Source of the DNA: Candidatus Pacearchaeota archaeon
GTDB lineage: Archaea; Nanobdellota; Nanobdellia; Pacearchaeales; GW2011-AR1
Assembly: GCA_023475035.1 (NCBI GenBank)
Contig: JAMCXF010000006.1
Location: 1 to 41,434, forward strand
DNA length: 41,434 nt
Reading direction: 5' to 3'
The notes below the pieces were generated by a model. It ran no database searches, had not been told where the DNA came from, and saw nothing but the letters and a program-made list of their open reading frames with translations. Shown one piece after another: positions 30,623 through 39,995 of this stretch. The position numbers and the translations under genes are program-made. Numbering within the stretch: position 1 is the first letter of the stretch; the number at the start of each line of letters is the position of its first letter.

Positions 30623-31537
30623 ATGGCATCAACAAACCAGTCTCCATTTTATCAAAAAGCAGAAGAAAAGTTTTTAGCAGCGCAAACAGATGAAGAAAGG
30701 ATTACTTATTTGGAAGAAATGATTAGAGAATGCCCGAAGCATAAATCTTCCGAAAAAATGCTTGCTAATCTTAAAACAAGATATATCAAGTTAAAAAAGA
30801 AAATAGAAACTGAAAAGAAAACAAAAAAGTCTTCAGGAAAAGTCGGAATAAAAAAAGAAGATTTGCAGGCAGTTATCGTAGGAAAAACAAAAACAGGAAA
30901 ATCCTCGTTAATTTCTCTTCTTACTAACGCAAAACCAGAAATATCAAGTCATGAGTTTGCAACAAAAACTCCTGTTATTGGGATGATGAATTATAATGGA
31001 GTTCCAATCCAGTTAATAGAAGTTCCAGCAATTGAATCTGAATATTATGACAGAGGAATTGTAAACTCAGCAGACACGGTTTTGATTTTAATAACTGATT
31101 TATCGCAGATTTCAGAGATTGAAAAAATAATTGAAAGAGCCCCGGGCAAAAGAATAATTCTCTTCGGGAAAACAGATTTGCTTTCGGAAAATGAAAAAAG
31201 AAAAATTTCTGCAACTCTGCAAAGCAGAAAGTATAATTTTCTTTTAATCTCTTCAAAAACAAAAGAGAATATTGAACAGTTTAAGGAAAAACTTTTTCAG
31301 AGTTTTGGAAAAATAAGAATTTACACAAAAGAGCCGGGAAAGGAAAAATCAAATCGCCCGATAATTTTATTGCCTGATGGTTCAGTAAGAAAGGTTGCAG
31401 AAAAAATCCTGAAAGGATTTTCATCAAAAATAAAAGAAACAAGAATCTGGGGACCAAGTTCAAAATACCCCGGACAAGTTGTGGGGTTAAATCACAAGTT
31501 AAAAGATATGGATATCGTCGAGTTTAAGACGAGATAA
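30623..31537 (+). CDS. DRG/Rbg-like GTP-binding protein with C-terminal TGS domain and divergent G motifs
   Basis: N-terminal helical segment typical of DRG, and P-loop VGKTKTGKSSL. The G3 position reads IEVPAI rather than DxPG, and G4 reads GKTD rather than NKxD. The C-terminus GQVVGLNHKLKDMDIVEF is TGS-like. Start at ATG 30623. Confidence 0.65.
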   Translation: MASTNQSPFYQKAEEKFLAAQTDEERITYLEEMIRECPKHKSSEKMLANLKTRYIKLKKKIETEKKTKKSSGKVGIKKEDLQAVIVGKTKTGKSSLISLLTNAKPEISSHEFATKTPVIGMMNYNGVPIQLIEVPAIESEYYDRGIVNSADTVLILITDLSQISEIEKIIERAPGKRIILFGKTDLLSENEKRKISATLQSRKYNFLLISSKTKENIEQFKEKLFQSFGKIRIYTKEPGKEKSNRPIILLPDGSVRKVAEKILKGFSSKIKETRIWGPSSKYPGQVVGLNHKLKDMDIVEFKTR

Positions 31538-31592
31538 GTTGAATGCGTCAAATTAGATTATTGATAGGCGACTTTCAAGTTATCGAGTAGCG

Positions 31593-32609
31593 TTAACCAT
31601 AAGCTTCCTTTTCTAATTTTTCAAGAATTTTCCGTTCCTTTTGAATTGGTTTTATTATTTCAATAATTTCATTTGCAACTGCATTTTTCAAATCAAGAGG
31701 ATGAAGTTTTTTCGCAACAAAATCTTTTTCAACTTCTTCATAACTTTTGTATTCCAAATCTCCTCCGTATTTTTTATCTCTTTTGATAATAAATTTCTTG
31801 TTGTTGTCTTTCTTGATTGTCATTATCACATATTTCAAAAAAGCCATTACTCCATTATCAGGATTTCCTGCAACACAATCAGCATCATTAACTTTTTTTC
31901 TTATTATTTCTTCATCATCAAGAAAGTCTATTTTTGTTTTGGAATCTGAAGATGACATTTTCTTTCCTACGAGTCCTGGAATCAAAGGATTCATGATTTC
32001 AATTCTTCTTTTGTATCCTAGTTTAGGAAGATTTTCCCTCGCTAAAACCATAATTTTCCTCTGGTCTGTTCCGCCAAGCTGACAATCAACCTCTAAATAT
32101 TGCTCGTCCATCGCCTGCATTATTGGATAAATAATTCCTGAAAGTTTCGGATTGTCTCCCATTTTAACAACATCAGAAGCAGCCTTTGTCGCATCGTGAA
32201 CAGAAACATGAGAAGACATTTGAAGAACATCATACATATATTCTGGTTTAAGCTGCATTTCGCTTCCCTGAATAATTTCAAGGTCCTTGATATCAACGCC
32301 GATTGATTTTATGATTAAAGGAATAATCTTTTTGTAGTATTCATATCTCTTGTCCACAATTTCCCAGCTAACATTGTCTAAGGCAGCATGCAAATCCGCC
32401 AAAAGAATTTTTACATGAAAACCTGCTTTCAATAAGTCAGCAATTTTCAGAGCAGGAAATAAATACCCAATATGAGGCCTTCCTGTAGGTGCAGTTCCCC
32501 AGTAAACAACAGGTTTTTTCTTTTTTTTGAGAAGTTCTTTAAGTTCATCCTCTGTAATTATTTCTTCAGTATTCCTCTTGATAAGCTCAAGTCTTTTCTC
32601 AACATCCAT
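31593..32609 (-). CDS. tyrS: tyrosyl-tRNA synthetase, archaeal type
   Basis: Near-colinear with M. jannaschii TyrRS from memory: IKRNTEEIITEDELKELL, PTGRPHIGY (HIGH), LLADLHAALD, IYPIMQAMD, KMSSS, GGDL...SYEE, LHPLDLKNAVA. Confidence 0.93.
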   Translation of the reverse strand: MDVEKRLELIKRNTEEIITEDELKELLKKKKKPVVYWGTAPTGRPHIGYLFPALKIADLLKAGFHVKILLADLHAALDNVSWEIVDKRYEYYKKIIPLIIKSIGVDIKDLEIIQGSEMQLKPEYMYDVLQMSSHVSVHDATKAASDVVKMGDNPKLSGIIYPIMQAMDEQYLEVDCQLGGTDQRKIMVLARENLPKLGYKRRIEIMNPLIPGLVGKKMSSSDSKTKIDFLDDEEIIRKKVNDADCVAGNPDNGVMAFLKYVIMTIKKDNNKKFIIKRDKKYGGDLEYKSYEEVEKDFVAKKLHPLDLKNAVANEIIEIIKPIQKERKILEKLEKEAYG

Positions 32610-32684
32610 TCAAAATAGAGAAATCAATGATTATTAAAACTTTTCCACATATAAAAATAAAAACTATTTCCTGATTTTTTCTCT

Positions 32685-33878
32685 ATGATTTTAGGAATTT
32701 TAATTTCAATCCTTTTTGGAGTTCTTGCAGGAACTTTCACAGGGCTTGCTCCGGGAGTTCATATAAACATCATCGGGGCAATTTTAATAAGTTTATCAGC
32801 AACAATTTTCTCAGGAATTGAACCGATTTATCTGATTTTGTTTGTGGCGTCAATGGCAATTGCCCATACATTCATTGATTTTATTCCTTCAATTTTTCTT
32901 GGCTGTCCTGACACAGAAACTCAGCTCTCAGTTCTTCCAGGACATGAATTGTTAAAAGAAGGAAAAGGGTATGAAGCAGTTTTGCTCACAGCTTACGGAG
33001 GATTGATTGCAGTTTTCATTTTTGTTTTGATTGCTTTCCCGACAGCATTTTTAGTTTCAAAAATTTACGAAACAGTTCATTCAGCAATGTTTTGGATTTT
33101 GCTTGCAACTTCATTGATATTAATATTTACAGAAAAAAAGAAATTCACTGCATTTTTTGTTTTGGTTATTTCAGGAATTTTTGGATTATGTGTTTTAAAT
33201 TTAGAAATTAAAGAACCTCTTCTTCCTCTTCTTACAGGATTGTTTGGAAGTTCTCTTCTTGTAATGAGCATAAAGAACAAAATAGAAATTCCAAAACAGG
33301 AAATAACAAAACCAGATTGCAAACTTTTCAGGCCAATTCTTGGCTCATTGATTGCTTCTCCTTTGTGCGGTTTTCTTCCAGGACTTGGAAGCGGACAGGC
33401 AGCAGTTTTGGGGAATGCTATCTCTAAAACTGAAAGAAAAGGATTTCTTGTTCTCGTCGGTGCAACGAATATTCTTGTGATGGGCTTGTCTTTTGTTTCT
33501 TTGTATGCAATTTCCAAAACACGGACAGGAGCAGCTGCAACAATTCAGGAAATTATTGGTGTTCTTTCCTGGAAAATCTTATTGATGATATTATTTGCAG
33601 TTTTAATAAGCGGTGTGATTTCTTTTTTATTGGCAAAAATTATTGCAAAGTTTTTTTCTCAAAAAATAGGAAAGATAAATTATGCAATTCTTTCAATTGT
33701 GACTCTTGTTTTTCTTGCAGTTATTGTTTTATTCTTTTCTGGAATTATTGGACTCTTGATTCTTTTTGCGTCGACATTGGTGGGAATTTATTGCAACTCT
33801 CTTCCTGTAAAGAAAACAAATATGATGGGATGCCTGCTTATTCCGACAATGATTTATTACTTCTTGCAAATTTTTTAA
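32685..33878 (+). CDS. polytopic membrane protein, TctA/DUF112-like (tripartite tricarboxylate transporter large subunit family)
   Basis: About 10 or more TM helices, with repeated G-x-x-x-G-L-x-PG-x-G motifs (GTFTGLAPGVH, CGFLPGLGSGQA). Family assignment is tentative. Confidence 0.45.
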   Translation: MILGILISILFGVLAGTFTGLAPGVHINIIGAILISLSATIFSGIEPIYLILFVASMAIAHTFIDFIPSIFLGCPDTETQLSVLPGHELLKEGKGYEAVLLTAYGGLIAVFIFVLIAFPTAFLVSKIYETVHSAMFWILLATSLILIFTEKKKFTAFFVLVISGIFGLCVLNLEIKEPLLPLLTGLFGSSLLVMSIKNKIEIPKQEITKPDCKLFRPILGSLIASPLCGFLPGLGSGQAAVLGNAISKTERKGFLVLVGATNILVMGLSFVSLYAISKTRTGAAATIQEIIGVLSWKILLMILFAVLISGVISFLLAKIIAKFFSQKIGKINYAILSIVTLVFLAVIVLFFSGIIGLLILFASTLVGIYCNSLPVKKTNMMGCLLIPTMIYYFLQIF

Positions 33879-33931
33879 AAAGAAAAGATTTATTTACTTT
33901 TTTTTGTTAATAAATAAAAGGAGGTGAAAGA

Positions 33932-34327
33932 ATGGCAACTGAAAAAGAGATGAATCAGTCTAGTTTCATAAAGATTGCTAAAGAAATCAATGCTTATGCC
34001 GAAATCATTAAATCCAGGCAGAATCAAAAGCAGGTTATAATGAATGATTTTGACAAAGAACGTGAAAGATACAAAGCTGGAAAGATTTCAAAAGCTTCTC
34101 TTGCGTCTTCTGTTCCAAGAGTCAGGAAAGAACTTCAGAGACTTAACAAAGACATAAGAAGAAACATAATGCATCTTAACAAGACTGCAGACAGAGCAAA
34201 AAGATTTGCTACAAGTCAGACACCAAAGAATTTCCAGGTTTCTTTATCGGGAATAAATCTTGCTGGTGGGAAGAAAAAGAAAGCAGTTCATAAAACTAGG
34301 TCTCGAACAAGAAAGAGAAAGAGATAA
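33932..34327 (+). CDS. basic coiled-coil hypothetical protein
   Basis: Strong SD-like AGGAGGTGA 5 nt upstream of the ATG. The tail is highly basic: GGKKKKAVHKTRSRTRKRKR. Confidence 0.5.
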   Translation: MATEKEMNQSSFIKIAKEINAYAEIIKSRQNQKQVIMNDFDKERERYKAGKISKASLASSVPRVRKELQRLNKDIRRNIMHLNKTADRAKRFATSQTPKNFQVSLSGINLAGGKKKKAVHKTRSRTRKRKR

Positions 34328-34360
34328 ATAAATTTTTTATTTTTTTATTTTTTAAAATTT

Positions 34361-37300
34361 TTAAAAGTAATCTGCAATTGATTTTTGTTTCTCAAGTTCT
34401 TTCCCGAACACACTGTCAATATTGTCCTTGAGAATTTGCAGATTTTGTTTTATATAATTTGAAAGATTATATTTGTCAGCGAGATTTAATGCAGGTTCTA
34501 AATATTTTTTTATTCCACCTTCATTGATTGTAAAAATAATTTTCCCTCCGCATTTCGGGCAGATTCCTGTGAGAGGAGGACGTCGCATTATTTCATTACA
34601 GGCAACACATCTGAATCCTTGCATCGAAAATTTTCTAAGATTACCTTTCAGGTCTTTTAAAAAATGCCTTTCAATAATCAGCCTCGCAGCATCAGAAGTA
34701 TTCACTGCTCTGATTTTTTCCACAAGCCCCATTTGATGGTCAACTTTATCCTGCATTGTTTCAAGAAGTTTGTATGAAGAGCAAAGAACACCGTCGTTAA
34801 AATTAGATGTATTATGCGTATGCCCGATGCCTACAAAAGGATTTTTCCCCTCTTTCAAAAAAGATTTTACAGTAGGAATAATTTTCATTTCAGAAGAATG
34901 TTTTTTCTGCTCTGCAAGCTGGTAAAGTTCAAGAGGATATTCAGAAGTTAGTTCCAAGTCAAGAATCTGGTCATCAACTTCTCCTGCATCAATTTTTCCA
35001 TTGAGAACTAAAGGCGCATCCTGAGTTCCTCCTCTATGTCCTGGAAGGAATTTTCGTGAAAAATTAATCAAGACATCTCCAAGAAGCATCAGCGCAGCTT
35101 CATCTCCGTCGCAGTCTCTTCTTATTGCAGCATGCATGTAAGGAGAAGCAAAAAGTCCAAGAGTATTTGAAAATCCTATAAACCTGCAAATTACTCCTGC
35201 GCAATTATGTGGCGCCATGCAAACTCCAATTTTCCCGACTAAGTCTTCTCTTTTTTTAACATTGTAAATTGGCTCCATTCCGTAAAAATTTTTCAGAAGA
35301 GAATCAATAAAATTGCAAGTTCTTATAAAAACATCGTCGGCTCTTTCATCCATTGATTCAGAATAACTTGGAAGAATAACATCATGAGGCATAAGTTCCA
35401 GAATTTGATTTTCATTTTCCAAATCATTCCCGTAAATATCTTTGTCATATCCCAGTTCCTTTACTTTTTCAACACTCACAAAAATTTCCTTTGGTTTGAA
35501 AGAAATAATTGGAAGTTCTGTTGCATCAAATCTTATTGTTCCGTCTTTATTTACCTGCAAGTCATATTTCGCTCTTATAATTCCCTTGCACAAATTTTCA
35601 ATGTCATGATTCTGTGAAGAAGTTCCCCTGATTCCTTTAATTAAAGGAGGAATGTCAGATTTCTCAATTTTTAATTTTTCAATGGCTTTGTTAAAAAAAT
35701 GCTTTATGTCCAAATCAAAAAAATGATAAGGCTGAGAGTTGTTATGTTCCTTGCATATATCTGTTGATAATTTGTCGCAGTCTCTGCAATAAAAAAGTTT
35801 TTTGCATTCAGTTCCGCAATCTTCACAGAGAGAATAAATTGTGTTTTTATTGCAAATAGGGCAGTAATAAGTGGGAAAAGTATTTTTTATTGTTCCCTCA
35901 TCATACGCTGCCTGAACGCTTCTTAACCTCCCTCCTTCTTTTCCGACAGGAAATAGTATATTAGGACTTCCGATAAGTTTTCTTAATTTTGCTTTTTCAG
36001 GTCTTCCCATTCTCGCACCAATAAAGTCTCCTGCTTTATCTTTGATGACAAATTTAGAAACAGAGTTTAATATTTCAATAACAGAATTTTCAGAAACAAA
36101 TTTTTTTTCATCAATTTCAGCCAAGTTTATTTTTTCAAAGTCAGAAATATCAATTCCGAGATTTAAAAGTAAAGCTTTGCTGTTTGTTTCGTTAAGAACA
36201 ACATTCTCGATTGTTACATCGTGTTCAACACCTAAAAGCTCCAAAGCTCTTTTTGCAATTCTGAACTTTTCCTGTTCTGTTCTGCCGTAAGGAAAAATTA
36301 ATTTTCCGTCGATTCTCGAATTTTTAATCCATTTGATTAATTCATAAAATTCTTCTTTCGAAATTTGTGTCCAGTAAAAAATATAGGAAGGATGCAAAGG
36401 AATTTCAAATTTAGTGCTTATCTCAATTGCTTGTTCAAGAGAAACATTAAAGCAGTCAATATTTTTTTCTGCATCTGCATCTTTTTTTCTTAGTTCAAGT
36501 TTCCACCATTCTTCAACATATCCCGGCTTGAGAAAATTGGAATTTCTGTTTGCAACGTCGCTGAAAGGGAACAAAATATCTCCAAGATAGATTATTTCAT
36601 CAACATCAGGATACATTTTTTTTGCTTCTTCTTTTGTTCTTGGTTTTTTGACGCTGCCGTTAAATAATTTTACAATAGGCCCGTCAATAGAATCACAGGG
36701 AGTTACAACACACCCTTTCGTCGGTTTTTCTATTTTCAGTTGAGTTCCGATTGCAATAAAATTGTCAGTAATAGCCATTGTTGCAGGATGCATTGAGGTT
36801 GCGCTGAATCCTGACACTCTTCCTCTTCCGTATCTGAATCTGAAAGCTCCTGATTGTGAAGGATGCCCGAATACAGGTCTTCCGGCAACTAAATCCTTGA
36901 TATAAGTAGGAGAATCATCTGTTTTTCCAGTATCTCTTTTTTTGTGAAGTTCAATATAACCGTCTAGAAAATCCCAGTCAGAAAGTTTGAATCCCTTAGT
37001 TCTCAAAGCAGAAACATATCTTTTTATCTTCGCTGCCTTCTGAGCAAGTCCTTCACCAAAAGTCAGGCAGAAACCGCTTCTGATAAAGTTTGTCTCAATT
37101 CTTGGAAGATTCTTGTGATTTGAAACTTCAATTTTTTCAGATGCATCTCCATTGATTTGGATAGGAATGTTTTTTGCAATAAATGCAATTTCATCTTCTG
37201 TAGGCATATATTGAAGATTGGTAATTCTTTCATGATAATCTGTCAACTCAGTCACAGAACGTTTTACTTCTTCTTCTGTCGGGTCATATTTTGCAAAACC

Positions 37301-37816
37301 AAAAATCTCCCGCAAATGGTCAATGATTACTAAAGAGAATGCAGCGCCGGTTCCTCCTGCACTTCTCACAGGCCCAGAATAAAAAGCAGATAAATACTCT
37401 TTATCGTCGTGGGTTTTCATTATTCTGATTTCAGTCAATCCTTCAATTGGAGAAGATACAACTCCTAAAGTAGTGTATGCAAAAGCAACTCTTGCTCCTG
37501 CATCAATTGCCTGCAACAGCGACGCAAATTGGCAAAATTTTTGTTTTGCAACTTCTTCGGCAATTTGAATGCAAACTGCAGGGTCTAGTTTTCCATATTG
37601 TTTTTCCAGTTCTAAAATTCTTTCTGCAATCCCGCTTTTTTCCATCTGAGGATAAATTGTTGAAATCAACCCGACTACTTTTTCCGCCATGCTCATTGCA
37701 AGAGGAATTTCAACTTTGTTTAAGGGGTCTAAATTTTTAGCTCTTGCCTGATTTGCAACATTGTAAATTTTTTTAACTTCTTTGTCTAAATTTAAAAAAT
37801 ATTGACTAGTATCCAT
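34361..37816 (-). CDS. polC: DNA polymerase II (PolD) large subunit DP2
   Basis: 1151 aa. Zn-finger clusters CPICNK...CEDCG...CRDC and CVACN...CPKCGG. The N-terminus is typical of DP2 (YF..L..E..+IY..A..AR). A canonical PIP box, QKSIADYF, forms the extreme C-terminus. No intein-sized insertion is present. Confidence 0.93.
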   Translation of the reverse strand: MDTSQYFLNLDKEVKKIYNVANQARAKNLDPLNKVEIPLAMSMAEKVVGLISTIYPQMEKSGIAERILELEKQYGKLDPAVCIQIAEEVAKQKFCQFASLLQAIDAGARVAFAYTTLGVVSSPIEGLTEIRIMKTHDDKEYLSAFYSGPVRSAGGTGAAFSLVIIDHLREIFGFAKYDPTEEEVKRSVTELTDYHERITNLQYMPTEDEIAFIAKNIPIQINGDASEKIEVSNHKNLPRIETNFIRSGFCLTFGEGLAQKAAKIKRYVSALRTKGFKLSDWDFLDGYIELHKKRDTGKTDDSPTYIKDLVAGRPVFGHPSQSGAFRFRYGRGRVSGFSATSMHPATMAITDNFIAIGTQLKIEKPTKGCVVTPCDSIDGPIVKLFNGSVKKPRTKEEAKKMYPDVDEIIYLGDILFPFSDVANRNSNFLKPGYVEEWWKLELRKKDADAEKNIDCFNVSLEQAIEISTKFEIPLHPSYIFYWTQISKEEFYELIKWIKNSRIDGKLIFPYGRTEQEKFRIAKRALELLGVEHDVTIENVVLNETNSKALLLNLGIDISDFEKINLAEIDEKKFVSENSVIEILNSVSKFVIKDKAGDFIGARMGRPEKAKLRKLIGSPNILFPVGKEGGRLRSVQAAYDEGTIKNTFPTYYCPICNKNTIYSLCEDCGTECKKLFYCRDCDKLSTDICKEHNNSQPYHFFDLDIKHFFNKAIEKLKIEKSDIPPLIKGIRGTSSQNHDIENLCKGIIRAKYDLQVNKDGTIRFDATELPIISFKPKEIFVSVEKVKELGYDKDIYGNDLENENQILELMPHDVILPSYSESMDERADDVFIRTCNFIDSLLKNFYGMEPIYNVKKREDLVGKIGVCMAPHNCAGVICRFIGFSNTLGLFASPYMHAAIRRDCDGDEAALMLLGDVLINFSRKFLPGHRGGTQDAPLVLNGKIDAGEVDDQILDLELTSEYPLELYQLAEQKKHSSEMKIIPTVKSFLKEGKNPFVGIGHTHNTSNFNDGVLCSSYKLLETMQDKVDHQMGLVEKIRAVNTSDAARLIIERHFLKDLKGNLRKFSMQGFRCVACNEIMRRPPLTGICPKCGGKIIFTINEGGIKKYLEPALNLADKYNLSNYIKQNLQILKDNIDSVFGKELEKQKSIADYF

Positions 37817-38405
37817 ATTCCTTCAAAACCTTTTTCCAGGTTTTTGTCCTATTTATTTTTGGGTTTAAATTTTCACTTTTATTCCATGGATAATCTCCGA
37901 ATAAAAAAGTGTCAATTCCTCCTTTAGCACATTGAGTGCAATATTCAAGAGTGTCATCTATCATCAGAAGGATTCCATTTTCACGACAAAGTTCAGTTTT
38001 TGTTTTTCCGCAATTTTTTCTTTTTGAATAATGATTATATGAATAAAATACATCTGAAAAAATTCTAGGAAAATTTTCTTCAAGCAAAAGTTCAGTATCT
38101 TTTTTTAAAAAATCAGGACAGGATGTGATTAAGTATATGTCACTTTTTTCTTTAAGAAGACTAAGAGCAGAAAAAGCATCTTCAATAGGAGGGATATGTT
38201 TGAAATATTCACTTTGGTAAAAAGAATCAACAATTTGTATGACTTCCTCGAGGGGTTTTTGTAGCACGTAATCAAAAGAATATTTGATAAAATCCGCCCG
38301 TGTTATTTTTCTTTCGAAGTTTTCATTATTGTACAAAATAAAGTTTCCTATAAAATCGACTATGGTATCATGAAGGTCAACTCCTATTTTTTTGTTATAA
38401 ATCAT
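37806..38405 (-). CDS. HAD-superfamily protein, 5'(3')-deoxyribonucleotidase (NT5C)-like
   Basis: Start at MIYNKKIGVDLHDTIVDF (38405). The layout is NT5C-like (LITS...K..W...FP...IDD...). Motif I reads D-L-H-D-T, with His at the Asp+2 position. It overlaps DP1 (11 nt) and DP2 (11 nt). Confidence 0.55.
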   Translation of the reverse strand: MIYNKKIGVDLHDTIVDFIGNFILYNNENFERKITRADFIKYSFDYVLQKPLEEVIQIVDSFYQSEYFKHIPPIEDAFSALSLLKEKSDIYLITSCPDFLKKDTELLLEENFPRIFSDVFYSYNHYSKRKNCGKTKTELCRENGILLMIDDTLEYCTQCAKGGIDTFLFGDYPWNKSENLNPKINRTKTWKKVLKEYGY

Positions 38406-39987
38406 TTTCTTTATCCTCCTTCTTGTCTTCAAAATCAAGCATCTTTATCGCTCTTGTTTTAAGATTAAAAATAGGCACCTTGCAAAAGTCAGGTTCATTT
38501 CCCATTTTTTCCTGATAAGGAGTTTTGCTTTCCCACGAAGATGTTGAAATAGTAAGAATATTATTATAATAAGAAACCGCGCTTTTGTGAGTGTGTCCCG
38601 ATACAAAAATGTCAGGAACTTTTTTTATGATTAAATTATCTTCTTCAGAAGGGAAATACTGCACAGAAGCATGTGTTGGAGCAAGATGCCTGTTTTTCAG
38701 AAGGTAAGCCATGATTTTGTCAGGTGATTTCACAGCCTTGCCAAGAATAAGTTTTGGAATGGAGTTGGCATAAAAATGATAAGAAACCCCGTGATAAGTA
38801 AGAATATCAAAACCGGAAAAATTTTCCGAAGAACCAATATTCACATAAGAAGGATTTCCTGTAAAAGTCACATTTTTTAGATTGTACAAACTCCAGGCGT
38901 ATCTTTCATTAAGCAATGGCTGCGGTTCCATAAGCCGAACACCGTCGTGATTTCCAGGAGAGATGATTATGTTTATATCTTTCCTGATTTTGCTGAGCAG
39001 GTTTGAAAGCCCTAAGAATTGCTCTTCTATGTCATCTATTTTCAAGTCTCTTTCCTGATTAGGATAATTTCCAACGCCTGAAACAATATCTCCAATAAGA
39101 AAAAGATATTTTATTTTTTCAGATTCAGGAGTGTTTGGAACCTTTCCGTTAAGATAGTTGACAAATTTCAAAAAATTTTCTTCGAGAAACAATTTGCTTC
39201 CAAAATGCAAATCGCCTAAAAACAAAACATTTTCTTCAACAGGCGATTTTTTTCTCTCGGCAATTGACGCATCTGGAAAGACGATATCATTTGCAAAAAT
39301 AATTTCCCTATCTCCTACACCGCTAAACCCTAGAATTGAATCAGAAGCAACTTCTTCTGCTTTTTCATAAAGAATCTTGTTGTTGTTATTTATCAAAACT
39401 TTTATCTTACCTGTCAAATCCTCGACTTCAAAAATCATATTTTTATTTTTAGTGATTGTCTTGTTTGAAACAATTCCTATTATTGAAAGATTCTGCCTGT
39501 TCCCTGAAATTTTATTAATTGAAACAAGATTTTTCAGCGAAGAATTTGCCTGCAGTATTTTTCTTATTTCCAGGAGCCTGTTTCTGAAATATTTTATAAA
39601 ATCCCCAACTTCTATTTTTTTGGTAGTCAAACCAAGCACCGAAGACAAAACTTTAACATTAGATTCATTTTTATTTTCTTCTTTCGGGATAGTGTAAGAA
39701 GAAACTTGATGCCCTTCAATTTCAATGCTTAAGCCAAGTTTTATTTTTAGACTTTCTAAATTCTGCTGATTTTCTTTCGGCAATGTTGAAATAATCTGAA
39801 ATACTTTTTCTTTATTCTGGCTGAAAAGTTTTTGCGTTATAATTCTCTGGTTTGTTGAATCTTTGATTCTTTCAATAATTAATTTTGCAGATTCCACATC
39901 GCTGTCATTAAGCATGTTAAGAACTTCATTATCCAATAAAAAACCTTTTTCTAGACAAAATCTTAATATTTCAGGTGTGTTCTTCAT
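38395..39987 (-). CDS. polB: DNA polymerase II (PolD) small subunit DP1 (calcineurin-like phosphoesterase / 3'-5' exonuclease)
   Basis: Mre11-like phosphoesterase motifs FLGDLHFGS, LIGDIVSG, PGNHD, SGHTH, preceded by an OB-fold-like region. 530 aa, adjacent to DP2. Confidence 0.9.
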   Translation of the reverse strand: MKNTPEILRFCLEKGFLLDNEVLNMLNDSDVESAKLIIERIKDSTNQRIITQKLFSQNKEKVFQIISTLPKENQQNLESLKIKLGLSIEIEGHQVSSYTIPKEENKNESNVKVLSSVLGLTTKKIEVGDFIKYFRNRLLEIRKILQANSSLKNLVSINKISGNRQNLSIIGIVSNKTITKNKNMIFEVEDLTGKIKVLINNNNKILYEKAEEVASDSILGFSGVGDREIIFANDIVFPDASIAERKKSPVEENVLFLGDLHFGSKLFLEENFLKFVNYLNGKVPNTPESEKIKYLFLIGDIVSGVGNYPNQERDLKIDDIEEQFLGLSNLLSKIRKDINIIISPGNHDGVRLMEPQPLLNERYAWSLYNLKNVTFTGNPSYVNIGSSENFSGFDILTYHGVSYHFYANSIPKLILGKAVKSPDKIMAYLLKNRHLAPTHASVQYFPSEEDNLIIKKVPDIFVSGHTHKSAVSYYNNILTISTSSWESKTPYQEKMGNEPDFCKVPIFNLKTRAIKMLDFEDKKEDKENDL

Positions 39988-39995
39988 GATTATAA

